In this document: positions 10,313-22,869 of the stretch, one piece after another | How the letters are laid out: each line of letters opens with the position of its first letter | Numbering within the stretch: position 1 is the stretch's first letter | DNA from: an uncultured Candidatus Rokubacteria bacterium | GTDB taxonomy: Bacteria; Methylomirabilota; Methylomirabilia; Rokubacteriales; CSP1-6 | DNA length: 64,000 nucleotides | Direction of reading: 5' to 3' | Assembly (NCBI GenBank): GCA_963762145.1 | Contig: CAVXJS010000011.1 | Location: 864,001-928,000, forward strand | Program-made: the position numbers and the translations under genes | The notes under the pieces: generated by a model | What the model was told of the DNA's origin: nothing | Database searches by the model: none | What the model saw: the letters and a program-made list of their open reading frames with translations, nothing else

Positions 10313-10556
10313 GCTTGCGGGCGAGCGAGGACTTGCGGCGGGCGGCGGTGTTGCGGTGCATGATGCCCTTCGTGACCGCGCGGTCGATGGCGCGGATGGC
10401 CTCGCGCACCACGGTCGCGGAGTCCGCGGTCTTGCCGGTCAGCGCCTCGCGCGCGCTCTTCACGTTGCCGCGCACCGCGCTGCGCACCGCGCGGTTCCGC
10501 AGCCGGCGCTTCTCGTTCTGCCGGATCCGCTTCTTCGCGGAGGGCGTGTTCGCCAA
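10296..10556 (-). CDS. rpsT: 30S ribosomal protein S20
   Basis: MANTPSAKKRIRQNEKRRLRN...KGIMHRNTAARRKS; TTG start with a GGAG RBS. Confidence 0.98.
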   Translation of the reverse strand: MANTPSAKKRIRQNEKRRLRNRAVRSAVRGNVKSAREALTGKTADSATVVREAIRAIDRAVTKGIMHRNTAARRKSSLARKLNAPA

Positions 10557-10612
10557 GGTTCCTCTCCTCTTCTGGGGTGAAGCTGTCTGGGGTGCAGCGT
10601 GAGCGTCACACG

Positions 10613-10641
10613 AGGCTACCGTCGGCGCCGCGACGTGTCAA
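10613..10641 (-). promoter_or_regulatory. sigma70 promoter for rpsT; -10 overlaps an opposite-strand -10 for murJ
   Basis: Minus strand TTGACA-17nt-TAGCCT; plus strand TACCGT at 10617-10622. Confidence 0.6.
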
Positions 10642-10657
10642 GGAGTTCGTCCTCCTC

Positions 10658-12238
10658 GTGAGCGACGCGTCCGACGCCCAGGAGCACGTCCAGCGCGGCG
10701 TGGTGAGCGCGGTGGGCTCGATCGGCCTCGCCACGCTCGCGAGCCGGGTGCTCGGCTACGTGCGGGACATGGTGGTGGCGCGCGTCTTCGGCGCCGGCCC
10801 CATCACCGACGCGTTCTTCGTGGCCTTTCGCATCCCGAACCTGCTCCGCCGGCTCCTGGCCGAGGGCGCGCTGTCCACCGCGGTGGTTCCCGTGTTCACC
10901 GAGACGTTGAGCCGCGAGGGGCCCGAGGCCTTCGGGCGCCTCGCGCGCGCGGTGACCGGCGCGGCGATCGTGGTGCTCTGCCTGGTCGCCGGTCTCGGCG
11001 CCCTGGTCGCGCCCCTGGTGGTGACCGTGATGGCGCCCGGCTGGCGTACGGAGCCCGAGCTGCTGGCCCTCGCGGTGAGCCTGACCCGCGCCCTGTTTCC
11101 GTACCTCGTCTTCGTGGGGCTGGCCGCGCTCGCGATGGGGGCGCTCAACGCCCACCACCGGTTCTTCACCGCCGCGGTCGGCCCCGCGGTCCTGAACCTC
11201 GCGATGATCATCGCGGTGGTGGGCCTCGCCTCCCGGCTCACCACCCCCATCATGTCGCTGGCGATCGGGGTGCTGGTGGGCGGGCTCGGTCAGCTCCTCA
11301 TCCAGCTCCCCGAGCTGCGCCGGATCGGAGTGCCGCTGCGCCCGTCGCTCGAATGGCGCCATCCGGCGGTGGCGCGCATCGCGCGGCGCCTCTGGCCGGC
11401 GGTGTTCGCGCTGGCCGCGGTGCAGATCACGGTGGTCGTCAACACGCTGCTCGCCTCGCTGCTGCCCACCGGGACGGTCTCCTACCTCTACTACGCGGAC
11501 CGGGTGATGGAGTTCCCGCTGGGCGTGTTCGGCATCGCGCTCGCCACCGCCACGCTGCCCAGCATGTCGGCCCAGGCCGCGCAACGCGAGTTCACCGCGC
11601 TGCGCTCCACGCTCGAGTTCGCGCTGCGGCTCTCCGCCTTCATCGCGGTGCCCGCGACGGTGGGACTCCTGCTCCTGGGCGGGCCCATCGTCCAGGTGCT
11701 CTTCCAGCGCGGCGAGTTCACCGCGCGCGACGCGGCGCTGACCGCCCAGGCCCTGGCCGGCTATGCGGTGGGACTGCCCGCGTTCTCGGCCACCCGCATC
11801 GCGGCCCAGACCTTCTACGCCCTCGGCGACACCCGGACGCCGGTGATCGTCGGATTCGTGTCGGTGGCGGTGAACGTGGTACTGGCCCTGGTCCTGATGT
11901 GGCCGTTGCGCCACATCGGCCTCGCGCTCGCCTCGTCGCTGTCCTCCTACGTCAACCTGATCGGGCTCTGCTGGCTGCTCCACCGCCGGCTCGGCGGCCC
12001 GCGCGGGTCGGAGATCTGGGGCTCGCTGGGCCGTACCGTCGTGGCCACCGCCGCGCTCGCGCTGTGGTGCGCGTGGGTGGAGGGGTTCCTGCCGGTGTTC
12101 CCGGAGCCGGTGGTGCTCGGGCTCGCGCGGATGATGCTGGCGCTGGTGGGCGGCGTCGCGGTGTACGTGGCGATGGCGGCGGCCATCCGCGCCCCGGAGC
12201 TGCGCGCGCTGCTCGGCATGTTACACACGCGCCGCTGA
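10658..12238 (+). CDS. murJ: Lipid II flippase MurJ (MviN)
   Basis: SRVLGYVRD, DAFFVAFRIPNLLRRLLAEGA, YYADRVMEFPLGVFG, FYALGDTRTP; start codon approximate. Confidence 0.95.
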   Translation: MSDASDAQEHVQRGVVSAVGSIGLATLASRVLGYVRDMVVARVFGAGPITDAFFVAFRIPNLLRRLLAEGALSTAVVPVFTETLSREGPEAFGRLARAVTGAAIVVLCLVAGLGALVAPLVVTVMAPGWRTEPELLALAVSLTRALFPYLVFVGLAALAMGALNAHHRFFTAAVGPAVLNLAMIIAVVGLASRLTTPIMSLAIGVLVGGLGQLLIQLPELRRIGVPLRPSLEWRHPAVARIARRLWPAVFALAAVQITVVVNTLLASLLPTGTVSYLYYADRVMEFPLGVFGIALATATLPSMSAQAAQREFTALRSTLEFALRLSAFIAVPATVGLLLLGGPIVQVLFQRGEFTARDAALTAQALAGYAVGLPAFSATRIAAQTFYALGDTRTPVIVGFVSVAVNVVLALVLMWPLRHIGLALASSLSSYVNLIGLCWLLHRRLGGPRGSEIWGSLGRTVVATAALALWCAWVEGFLPVFPEPVVLGLARMMLALVGGVAVYVAMAAAIRAPELRALLGMLHTRR

Positions 12239-12241
12239 TCC

Positions 12242-12271
12242 TTGCCCACCGGCCGGCGCCGGTGATAGACT
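12242..12271 (+). promoter_or_regulatory. sigma70 promoter upstream of the xerD operon
   Basis: TTGCCC-18nt-TAGACT with an extended TG. Confidence 0.55.
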
Positions 12272-12297
12272 CGCTCATGCTCCTGGACTTCGCAGGG

Positions 12298-12356
12298 GAC
12301 GCCCCGGTCATGGCCTGGATCCGACGCATCGGCCAATGCCGGGGCCGTCGCTTTTT
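12298..12356 (+). terminator. Terminator-like hairpin with U-tract in the xerD leader
   Basis: gacgccccgg..ggcc / ggcc..ccggggccgtc stem followed by gcTTTTT. Confidence 0.55.
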
Positions 12357-12381
12357 GGGCCTCCCCCTCCGGATGTGATCG

Positions 12382-13368
12382 ATGCGCGCTCGGCTCGGGG
12401 CGTCCGCGGAGCGGGGGACCGCGGGAGTCGTCTCCGAAGCCGCGGCGCTGATCGACGAGTATCTCGGCAGCCTCCAGATCGAGCGGGGCGCCGCGCTGAA
12501 CACCCTCGCCGCGTACCGCCGGGACCTCCAGGGTTTCGAGAGCTTCCTGGCGCGCGAGCACCGGGCGATCGCTGACGTGGGCGTCACCGACCTCTCGCGT
12601 TATCTGGGTGCGCTCCGCCGGCGCGGTCTCGGCAGCCGCAGCATCGCCCGGCACCTCTCCGCGGTGCGAGGCCTCTACCGCTTCCTCCTCGATGCGGGGC
12701 GCGTGCCGCGCGATCCGACGCAGCACCTGGACAGCCCGCGCCCGGCCCGGCGGCTGCCGCGCACCCTGTCCGTGGCGGACACCGCCGCCCTCGTCGAGGC
12801 CCCCGACACCACCCGGCCGGACGGGCTACGGGACCGCGCGCTGCTGGAGCTGCTCTACGCCTCCGGGCTCCGCGCCTCCGAGGCCCTCGGCCTGCGGGTC
12901 GAGGACGTGAACTTCAAGGCCGGGTACGTGATGGTGATCGGGAAGGGCGATCGCCAGCGCCTGGTGCCCGCGGGAGCCCGGGCGCTGGACTGGGTGCGAC
13001 AGTATCTCGTCACGATCCGCCCGCGCCAGGTGCGGCGCGAGTGCCCGGCGCTCTTCCTCAATCGGTCGGGCGGGACCATGTCGCGGCAGGCCCTCTGGGG
13101 TCTGATCCGACGTGCGGCACGCCGCGCGGGGCTCCGCGTCGCGGTCTCGCCGCACACCCTGCGGCACTCGTTCGCGAGCCATCTGCTCGAGCGCGGCGCG
13201 GACCTGCGCTCGGTGCAGGCCATGCTGGGCCACGTGGACATTTCGACCACGCAGATCTACACGCACCTGCCGTCGAGCGTCGTCCACGACATGTACCGGA
13301 AGTTCCACCCGCGGGCGGGGCGGATGACCCGGCCCGCCCGTGCGAGCGGCCTCGAGCGAGCGGGCTGA
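12382..13368 (+). CDS. xerD: Tyrosine recombinase XerD
   Basis: NTLAAYRRDL, LYASGLRASE, GKGDRQRLVP, SPHTLRHSFASHLL, LGHVDISTTQIYTH. Confidence 0.93.
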   Translation: MRARLGASAERGTAGVVSEAAALIDEYLGSLQIERGAALNTLAAYRRDLQGFESFLAREHRAIADVGVTDLSRYLGALRRRGLGSRSIARHLSAVRGLYRFLLDAGRVPRDPTQHLDSPRPARRLPRTLSVADTAALVEAPDTTRPDGLRDRALLELLYASGLRASEALGLRVEDVNFKAGYVMVIGKGDRQRLVPAGARALDWVRQYLVTIRPRQVRRECPALFLNRSGGTMSRQALWGLIRRAARRAGLRVAVSPHTLRHSFASHLLERGADLRSVQAMLGHVDISTTQIYTHLPSSVVHDMYRKFHPRAGRMTRPARASGLERAG

Positions 13369-13369
13369 G

Positions 13370-15123
13370 ATGGCGAAGGCCGGCCACGTGTACCCCCAGG
13401 TGGAGCCCGGCGTCGCGGCGCTCGTCGATCCGCGCGTGGTGACCGTCGCGCCCGCGCTCTCCGTCGCGCGGGCTCTCGCGCGCGCGCGGGCGGCCGGCGC
13501 GACGGTGGTCGTCCTCGGCCCGGGCCGCGCGGTGCGGGTCTCGGAGCTGGAGCGCTCGGCTGCGTGGGGCCTCGATCGGCGGCCCGCGCGCGACGTGGCC
13601 TGGCGTGATCTGCCGAGCGTGAGCGTGACCGCCTCCGAGATCGAGGCGCGGCGTCGGCTGCTCGCGGGCGCGTCGCTGGTCCTGGTGCACCGGGGCTCTC
13701 GCGTGATCGGCGCCATCGACCGCGATCGCGTCGACCTGACGCCGTCCGAATCCTCGCTGCTCGCGCGCCTCGAGCCCGCCACCGAGGCGAAGTCGAGGCC
13801 GCAACCGAGTGTCCGCGGCAGGGGGAGTGCGGGGGCCATTTCTGGGCCCCCGCATCTGAAGGAGGCGCGCGCGTGGCTCCTGCGCGTGGCCGGCAAGATC
13901 GGCGAAGGGCTGGGCGCACCGGCCTACGCGGTGGGCGGCTTCGTCCGGGACCTGCTGACCGGCGCGGCGCCGCCCGACGTGGATCTCGTCATCGAGGGAG
14001 ACGGCGTGGCCTTCGCGCGCCGGCTCGCCGAGGAGATCGGCGGCACCGTGCTCGTGCACCGGAGCTTCGGCACCGCGTCCATCGAGGGGGGCGGGCCCCG
14101 GCGGGCGCGGGGCTCGACGGCGTGGCGCTCGGCCGCGTCGACGTGGCCTCGGCCCGCCGCGAGCGCTATGCGACGGCCGGGGCCCTGCCCGAGGTCGAGC
14201 CGGCGGATCTGCTCGAGGACCTGCGTCGCCGCGACTTCTCGGTGAACGCGATGGCGCTGGCCCTGGCGCCCGATCGCTTCGGCCGCCTGCTCGATCCGCT
14301 CGGCGGGCAGGGTGACGTCCGGCGCCGGCTCCTGCGGGTCCTCCAGCCCCTCTCGTTCGTGGAGGACCCCACCCGCGTGTTCAGGGCCGCGCGCTATGCG
14401 AGCCGCCTCGGCTTCCGCCCCGATGCGGCGACCCGGGCGGCGATCCGGCTCGCGGTGGAGCGACCCGGCTACGTCGCCCTGTCCGGCCAGCGCCTCTGGC
14501 GGGAGATCGAGCTGGCAGCCGCGGAGCCGCAAGCCCGGCTCGTCTTCGAGCAGCTCGTGAGATGGCGGGCCACAAGCCTCTGGAATCTCGATGGAGCGAC
14601 GTCACGACACCTCGCCGCGTCCGAGCGGCTCGGGCGCTGGGCGAGGTCGGCGGGCGCGGCGGTGGACCCGGCCGAGCTCGTGCTTCTCGCGCTCACGCTC
14701 GGCCGCCCGCCGGAGGTGGTCGAGCGAAGCCTCGACCGCCTGGCGCTCACCGGGGAGCCGCGGGCGCGGCTCGAGGCCGGGGCGCTGGCCGGGCCACTGG
14801 CCCGGCGGCTCGAAGCGGCCCGGCTGGCGCCCAGCACGGTGGGCGAGTGGCTGGACGCGGCGCCCGAAGCCGCCGTCCTCGCGGCCTGGCTCCAGGGCGG
14901 GGCGCGAGTGCGTCGGCGGATCCAGTGGTACCTGACCCAGGGGCGTGGGGTGCGGCCGGAGCTCACCGGGCGCGACCTGCTGGCCCTCGGGGTGCCGGCC
15001 GGGCCGCGGGTCGGCGCGGCGCTCGGCATGTTGCGACGGCACCGACTGGACGGCGGAGCGGGCTCGGTGGCCGAGGAGCGCGAACTCGTGAAAGAATGGC
15101 TCACATCGGGAAAGGAGGCGTGA
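13370..15123 (+). CDS. cca: CCA-adding/poly(A) polymerase family tRNA nucleotidyltransferase with degenerate CBS-like N-terminus (frameshift near 14095)
   Basis: [16 protein letters not shown] in the first frame; [13 protein letters not shown] and [15 protein letters not shown] in the second. Confidence 0.88.
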
Positions 15124-15124
15124 G

Positions 15125-17580
<2,456 letters not shown>

Positions 17581-17581
<1 letters not shown>

Positions 17582-18566
17582 TGGGCTCCGGGGTGGAGCG
17601 CGCGCGCATCCTGACGCTGGCCGAGCGCGTGCTGCGGCTCGAGGCGGAGAGCGTCCTCGCGCTATGCGCGCGCCTGGACGACCGGTTCGTGGCCGCGGTC
17701 GAGATCCTCCACGACTGCCGGGGCCGCGTCATCGTCACGGGCATGGGCAAGTCGGGCCTCATCGGGCGCAAGATCGCGGCGACGCTGGCGAGCACCGGCA
17801 CTCCCGCGTACTTCCTGCATCCCGCCGAGGGTGTCCACGGCGATCTCGGGATGGTCGCGCGGGAGGACGTCGTCCTGGCGCTCTCCAACTCGGGGGAGAC
17901 CGACGAGGTGCTGGCGGTGCTGCCCGGGCTCAAGCGGCTCGGGATCCGGCTGGTCCTGCTCACCGGCGCGCCGACCTCTGCCCTCGCGCGCCAGGCCGAC
18001 ATCGTGCTGGACGTCGGCGTGGTCGAGGAGGCGTGCCCCATCAACCTCGCGCCCACCTCGAGCACGACCGCGGCGCTCGCGATGGGCGACGCGCTCGCGA
18101 TGGCGCTGCTCGACCTGCGCGGCCTCGGGCCGGACGACTACGCGGCGCTGCACCCGCGGGGCAGCCTCGGCTGGAAGGTCGCTGTTCAAGGTCGAGCGAC
18201 CTGATGCACACCGGCCCCGCGCTGCCGCAGATCTCCGAGCAGGCCACCATGAAGGAGGCCATCGAGGAGATGAGCGGCAAGGGGCTCGGCATGACGACGG
18301 TGGTGGACGCGGGTGGCCGGCTCGTCGGGGTCGTCACCGACGGCGACCTGCGCCGCCAGCAGCTCGCCCACGGGGCTGCCCTGCTCGAGCGCCGGGCCGC
18401 GGAGTGCATGACCGCCGGGCCCAAGACCATCGGCGGCGAGGAGCTCGCGGCCAAGGCGCTCGCCATGATGGAGGGCCGCATCACCAGCCTCGTGATCGTG
18501 GACGCGGGGGGGCGGCCCGCGGGCGTGATCCACCTCCACGACATCCTGCGCGCCAAGATCGTGTGA
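17581..18566 (+). CDS. kdsD: Arabinose-5-phosphate isomerase KdsD/KpsF (frameshift near 18178)
   Basis: SIS domain GMGKSGLIGRKIAATLASTGTP, HPAEGVHGDLG, then a CBS pair in the next frame. Confidence 0.93.
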
Positions 18567-19075
18567 GGGCCGCGCCCCGCGCTTCGCGCATCCGGCTGCT
18601 CGTCCTCGACGTGGATGGTGTGCTCACGGACGGCGGCCTGCTGTTCTCCGCCTCCGGCGAGGAGACCAAGCGCTTCCACGTCCACGACGGGCTCGCGATG
18701 GTGGCCGCGCGCCAGGCGGGCCTTCAGGTCGCGATCCTCTCCTCGCGCGCGTCCGCCGCGGTGACCCGGCGCATGGCCGAGCTCGGGGTCGGCGAGGTCC
18801 ACCAGGGCGTGACCGACAAGGCCGGCGGCCTGGACACGCTCCGGGAGCGGCTCGGATTGGCCCGAGGCGAGGTCGCGATGATGGGCGACGACCTCCCGGA
18901 TCTGCCCGCGATGGCCCGCGCCGGCCTGGCGCTGGCGCCCGCCAACGCCGTGGCCGAGGTCAAGCGCGCCGCGGATTGGGTGGCGCGCCGGCGGGGTGGC
19001 GACGGCGCGGTGCGGGAAGCGGTCGAGATGCTCCTAAAGGCCCGTCGTGCTTGGCCGCCACGCTCCGAGCGCTGA
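18563..19075 (+). CDS. kdsC: KDO8P phosphatase
   Basis: HAD motif DVDGVLTDG, GDDLPDL, GGDGAVRE. Confidence 0.93.
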   Translation: MRAAPRASRIRLLVLDVDGVLTDGGLLFSASGEETKRFHVHDGLAMVAARQAGLQVAILSSRASAAVTRRMAELGVGEVHQGVTDKAGGLDTLRERLGLARGEVAMMGDDLPDLPAMARAGLALAPANAVAEVKRAADWVARRRGGDGAVREAVEMLLKARRAWPPRSER

Positions 19076-19091
19076 GCACCGCCTTCTTCAT

Positions 19092-19136
19092 TTGCCACGG
19101 CTGCGAGGACTGTGTTAGCGTGGCATGGAGATTGCT
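19092..19136 (+). promoter_or_regulatory. sigma70 promoter abutting a sigma54 -24/-12 site at the lptC start
   Basis: TTGCCA-18nt-TAGCGT (extended -10) followed by TGGCAT-GGAGA-TTGCT at 19121-19136. Confidence 0.65.
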
Positions 19137-19745
19137 ATGAGGAAGGCCCCGATCATTATTCTGACGCTCGTCATGGTATTCATATCCGTGGTGGTGGGCG
19201 TGCTCGTCCACCGAGCACGGACACCTCGGACGATTGCCACCGAGGTCACCGCCTCGAACGCGGACTACCGTCTCAAGCAGGTGCGCCTTCAGGAGACGGG
19301 TCGTGATGGATCCCGCTGGCAGCTCGATGCCGAGTACTCCGAGACCTTCGAGGAGCAGAACACGACGTCGATGAAGAAGGTGACGATCAAGGTGGACCAG
19401 CCGTCCAAGAGCAGCCACGCAGCGCGCTCGTGGACCGTCACCGGCGACGAGGGTGATCTGAACCAGGAGACCAAGAACGTGGAGCTGCGCGGCAACGTGG
19501 TGCTGGTCTCGAGCGACGGCCTGCGGCTCGAGACGGAGCGCCTGCGCTGGGACGCCGAGGGACAGCGCGCGTGGACGTCCGAGCCGGTCACCATCTACCG
19601 ATCGGGCACCGTCGTGCGGGGCACCGGCTTCGAGTCGCGCGTGGCCGAGGAAGCGTCCAGCATCAAGGGACGGGTCCGGGCCATCTTCAAGCGCGGCACG
19701 CCCGGTGAAGCGGGCGCCGAGCCCGTTGCGGCCGGGCGTCCATGA
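19137..19745 (+). CDS. lptC: LPS export protein LptC
   Basis: N-terminal TM anchor, beta-jellyroll GNVVLVSSDGLRLETERLRWD; synteny. Confidence 0.88.
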   Translation: MRKAPIIILTLVMVFISVVVGVLVHRARTPRTIATEVTASNADYRLKQVRLQETGRDGSRWQLDAEYSETFEEQNTTSMKKVTIKVDQPSKSSHAARSWTVTGDEGDLNQETKNVELRGNVVLVSSDGLRLETERLRWDAEGQRAWTSEPVTIYRSGTVVRGTGFESRVAEEASSIKGRVRAIFKRGTPGEAGAEPVAAGRP

Positions 19746-20353
19746 ATCGGAGGCGCGCGCTGGCCGTGGTCGTGGTGTGGTCGGCGGTGACGCTGGCGAC
19801 GGCCGCGTGGGCCCAGCCGGTGCCCCCACGGCCGCGGCCGGCCCGCCCGGCCGCCGCGGCCCAGCCGCCCGCCCCGCGGCCGGACGGCTCGGGCCCGAGC
19901 CCGGAAGGTCGCAACGCCCCGGTCACGGTGGACGCCGACCAGCTCGAGAACCTGCAGAAGGAAGGTCTCGTGGTCTTCAGCGGCAACGTGGTGGCCAACC
20001 AGAACAGCTCGACGCAGTACGCGGACCGCATGGAGGTCTACCTCGACGACAAGGGAAACCGGATCGTCCGGGCCATCTCCACCGGCAACGTGCGGATCAT
20101 CACCAAGGACTGCCGCACCGGCACCGCGAAGCGCGCCGAGTACTACGACGCCGAGCAGCGGGTGGTCCTCATCGGCAACGCCCGGGTGTGGCGCGACGAC
20201 AACGTGGTGACCGGCGAGCGGATCACGATCTACCTCGCGGAGGACCGCAGCGTCGTGGAGGGCGGGCAGCAGGAGCGCGTGAAGGCGGTCTTCTACCCCA
20301 AGGGCCAGGACGAGACGCCTCGCGCGAAGCCGGCGGCGGGCCAATGCTCATGA
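19742..20353 (+). CDS. lptA: LPS transport periplasmic protein LptA
   Basis: Signal peptide, OstA domain [24 protein letters not shown]. Confidence 0.9.
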   Translation: MNRRRALAVVVVWSAVTLATAAWAQPVPPRPRPARPAAAAQPPAPRPDGSGPSPEGRNAPVTVDADQLENLQKEGLVVFSGNVVANQNSSTQYADRMEVYLDDKGNRIVRAISTGNVRIITKDCRTGTAKRAEYYDAEQRVVLIGNARVWRDDNVVTGERITIYLAEDRSVVEGGQQERVKAVFYPKGQDETPRAKPAAGQCS

Positions 20354-20360
20354 GGCGTTC

Positions 20361-21083
20361 GTGGAAGGTCTGATCGCCCAGGGGTTGCGCAAGCGGTTTC
20401 GGAGCCGCGTGGTGGTGAACCGCGTGAGCCTCGACATCCACCCGGGGGAAGTGGTCGGCCTCCTCGGGCCCAACGGCGCGGGCAAGACCACCTCGTTCTA
20501 CATGATCGTGGGCCTCCTGCGCCCCGACGGCGGGCGCATCTTCCTGGAGGGCCAGGACGTGACCGAGCTGCCGATGTACAAGCGCTGCCGCCTCGGCATG
20601 GGCTACCTGCCGCAGGAGTCCTCGGTGTTCCGCAAGCTCACCGTCGAGGAGAACCTGCTCGCGATCCTGGAGACGCTCGACCTCTCGCATCAGGAGCGGA
20701 CGACGCGGCTCGGGGAGCTGCTCGCCGAGCTCGACCTGACCCGGCTCGCCCAGCACAAGGCCTACACCCTGTCGGGCGGTGAGCGGCGGAGGCTCGAGAT
20801 CACGCGGGCGCTCGTGACCAGCCCCCGCTACCTCCTGCTCGACGAGCCCTTCACCGGCATCGATCCGATCGCGATCGGGGACATCCAGGAGATCGTGGCC
20901 CGGCTGAAGGAGCGCGGCATCGGCGTGCTGATCACCGACCACAACGTCCGGGAGACGCTCGCCATCACCGACCGCGCCTACATCCTCTACGACGGGCGGA
21001 TCCTCGCCTCCGGCACCGCCACCGAGCTGGCCAACAACTCCAAGGCCCGAGAGATCTATCTGGGCGAGAAGTTCTCCCTATGA
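20361..21083 (+). CDS. lptB: LPS export ATPase LptB
   Basis: [46 protein letters not shown]. Confidence 0.97.
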   Translation: MEGLIAQGLRKRFRSRVVVNRVSLDIHPGEVVGLLGPNGAGKTTSFYMIVGLLRPDGGRIFLEGQDVTELPMYKRCRLGMGYLPQESSVFRKLTVEENLLAILETLDLSHQERTTRLGELLAELDLTRLAQHKAYTLSGGERRRLEITRALVTSPRYLLLDEPFTGIDPIAIGDIQEIVARLKERGIGVLITDHNVRETLAITDRAYILYDGRILASGTATELANNSKAREIYLGEKFSL

Positions 21084-22552
21084 AACTGCAGCAGCGAATG
21101 AGCCAGCGGGTCGTCATGACCCCCCTGCTCCAGCAGGCGATCCAGCTCCTGCAGCTCTCCACCCTCGAGCTGGAGCAGGTGGTGCGCAAGGAGCTGGAGG
21201 AGAACCCGCTTCTCGAGGAGATGCCGGTCGAGAACGCGGAGAACCAGGAGAGCCCGGACGGCTCCGCCACGAGCGCGACCTCGGAGGCCGCGCCGACCCC
21301 GGAGACGACGTCGGCGCTCGAGCCCCCCTCGAAGGAGACGTCCTCGGTCGACAGCGAGAAGGCCGACGACCTGCCCTTCGACCTGTCCTCCGCGGTCTTC
21401 GACGACCACGGCGACGAGCGGACCCCGGTGTCGATGGAGGAGCGGGACGAGCTGCCCTTCGAGAATCTCGGCCGCAGCGACGCGTCGCTGGGCGAGCACC
21501 TCATGGAGCAGCTCCGCCTCGGCACCGACGACCCGGACGTCCTGCGCATCGGCGAGGCCATCATCGGCAACCTGGACGAGGACGGCTATCTCCGGGCCGA
21601 CGTGGGCGAGATCGCGGCGGGCATGGGGGCGAGCCCCGACGCGGTGGAGGCCGCGCTGAAGCTCATCCACGCCTTCGACCCGCCGGGCGTCGCGGCGCGG
21701 AGCGTGCAGGAGTGCCTGCTGCTCCAGCTCACCGCGGACGCGGAGCCCGATCCGGTCTCGGTGGAGATCGTGGAGCGTCACTTCGAGGACCTGGAGCGGC
21801 GACGCTACGCGGAGATCGCGCGGGCCCTGAAGCTGCCGCTGGAGCGGGTCATGGAGTCGATCGAGGAGATCCAGAGCCTCGAGCCCAAGCCGGGCCGGCG
21901 CTTCTCGATCAACGACTCGCGCTACGTGGTGCCGGACGTCACCATCCAGAAGGTGGGCGACGACTACGTGGTGATCCTGAACGAGGAGGGCATCCCGCGC
22001 CTGCGGGTCAACTCGCTCTACCGCTCGCTGCTGCGCCGGTCGGGCGACGAGGCCAAGCAATATGTCGAGCAGAAGCTGCGCAGCGCGGTGTGGCTCATCA
22101 AGAGCGTGGAGCAACGGCAGCGCACGCTGCGAAAAGTGGCCCAGAGCCTGGTGAACTTCCAGCGCGACTTCCTCGACAAGGGTCTCACCCACCTGCGCCC
22201 GCTCGCCCTGCGCGACGTGGGCGACGACATCAGCATGCACGAGTCCACCATCAGCCGGGTGACGACCAACAAGTACGTGCAGACGCCGCAGGGCCTCTTC
22301 GAGCTCAAGTTCTTCTTCCACAGCGGCATCGCCTCCGATAACGGCTCGATGGTCTCCTCGGTGTCGGTCAAGAAGACGATCCGCGACATGGTGGCGGGCG
22401 AGGACGGGGGGAAGCCCCTCTCCGACCAGGAAATCGCCCAGTCCCTCCAGGGGCAGGGCCTCACCATCGCGCGCCGCACGGTGGCCAAGTACCGCGAGGA
22501 GCTCGGCATCATGCCCTCGCATCAGCGGCGGGCCTCGTCCAAGAAGCGCTGA
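21080..22552 (+). CDS. rpoN: RNA polymerase sigma-54 factor
   Basis: [24 protein letters not shown], RpoN box [10 protein letters not shown]. Confidence 0.98.
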   Translation: MKLQQRMSQRVVMTPLLQQAIQLLQLSTLELEQVVRKELEENPLLEEMPVENAENQESPDGSATSATSEAAPTPETTSALEPPSKETSSVDSEKADDLPFDLSSAVFDDHGDERTPVSMEERDELPFENLGRSDASLGEHLMEQLRLGTDDPDVLRIGEAIIGNLDEDGYLRADVGEIAAGMGASPDAVEAALKLIHAFDPPGVAARSVQECLLLQLTADAEPDPVSVEIVERHFEDLERRRYAEIARALKLPLERVMESIEEIQSLEPKPGRRFSINDSRYVVPDVTIQKVGDDYVVILNEEGIPRLRVNSLYRSLLRRSGDEAKQYVEQKLRSAVWLIKSVEQRQRTLRKVAQSLVNFQRDFLDKGLTHLRPLALRDVGDDISMHESTISRVTTNKYVQTPQGLFELKFFFHSGIASDNGSMVSSVSVKKTIRDMVAGEDGGKPLSDQEIAQSLQGQGLTIARRTVAKYREELGIMPSHQRRASSKKR

Positions 22553-22563
22553 GGCCCCGGCCG

Positions 22564-22869
22564 ATGCAGGTGATCATCAGTACCCGCGGGATGACCGTCT
22601 CTCGGACCTACAAGGACGAGCTCACGCGGAAGCTCGCCAAGCTCGAGCCGCTGCTGCCCGCCCTCGTCGAGACGCGCGCGGTCCTCTCGAAGGAGAAGCA
22701 CCGCCGCACCGCGGCCCTGACCCTGGTCGCACGGCGCCGGGCCTTCCGGAGCCGGGAGACCGCCCCCGACCTCGAGGCGGCGGTCGACCGGGCCGTCCAC
22801 GCGCTGCGCCGCCAGGTGCGCGAGACGAAGGCGCGGCGGCCGCGGCGCCCCGCCCTCCGGCCATCGTGA
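22564..22869 (+). CDS. hpf: Ribosome hibernation promoting factor (short HPF/RaiA)
   Basis: MQVIISTRGMTVS..KLAKL..DLEAAVDRAV; follows rpoN. Confidence 0.8.
   Translation: MQVIISTRGMTVSRTYKDELTRKLAKLEPLLPALVETRAVLSKEKHRRTAALTLVARRRAFRSRETAPDLEAAVDRAVHALRRQVRETKARRPRRPALRPS

Noticed and set aside
12382-13368. Tyrosine recombinase as a prophage or island integrase
   Set aside because: Motifs and housekeeping context fit chromosomal XerD; no phage genes or att-like repeats
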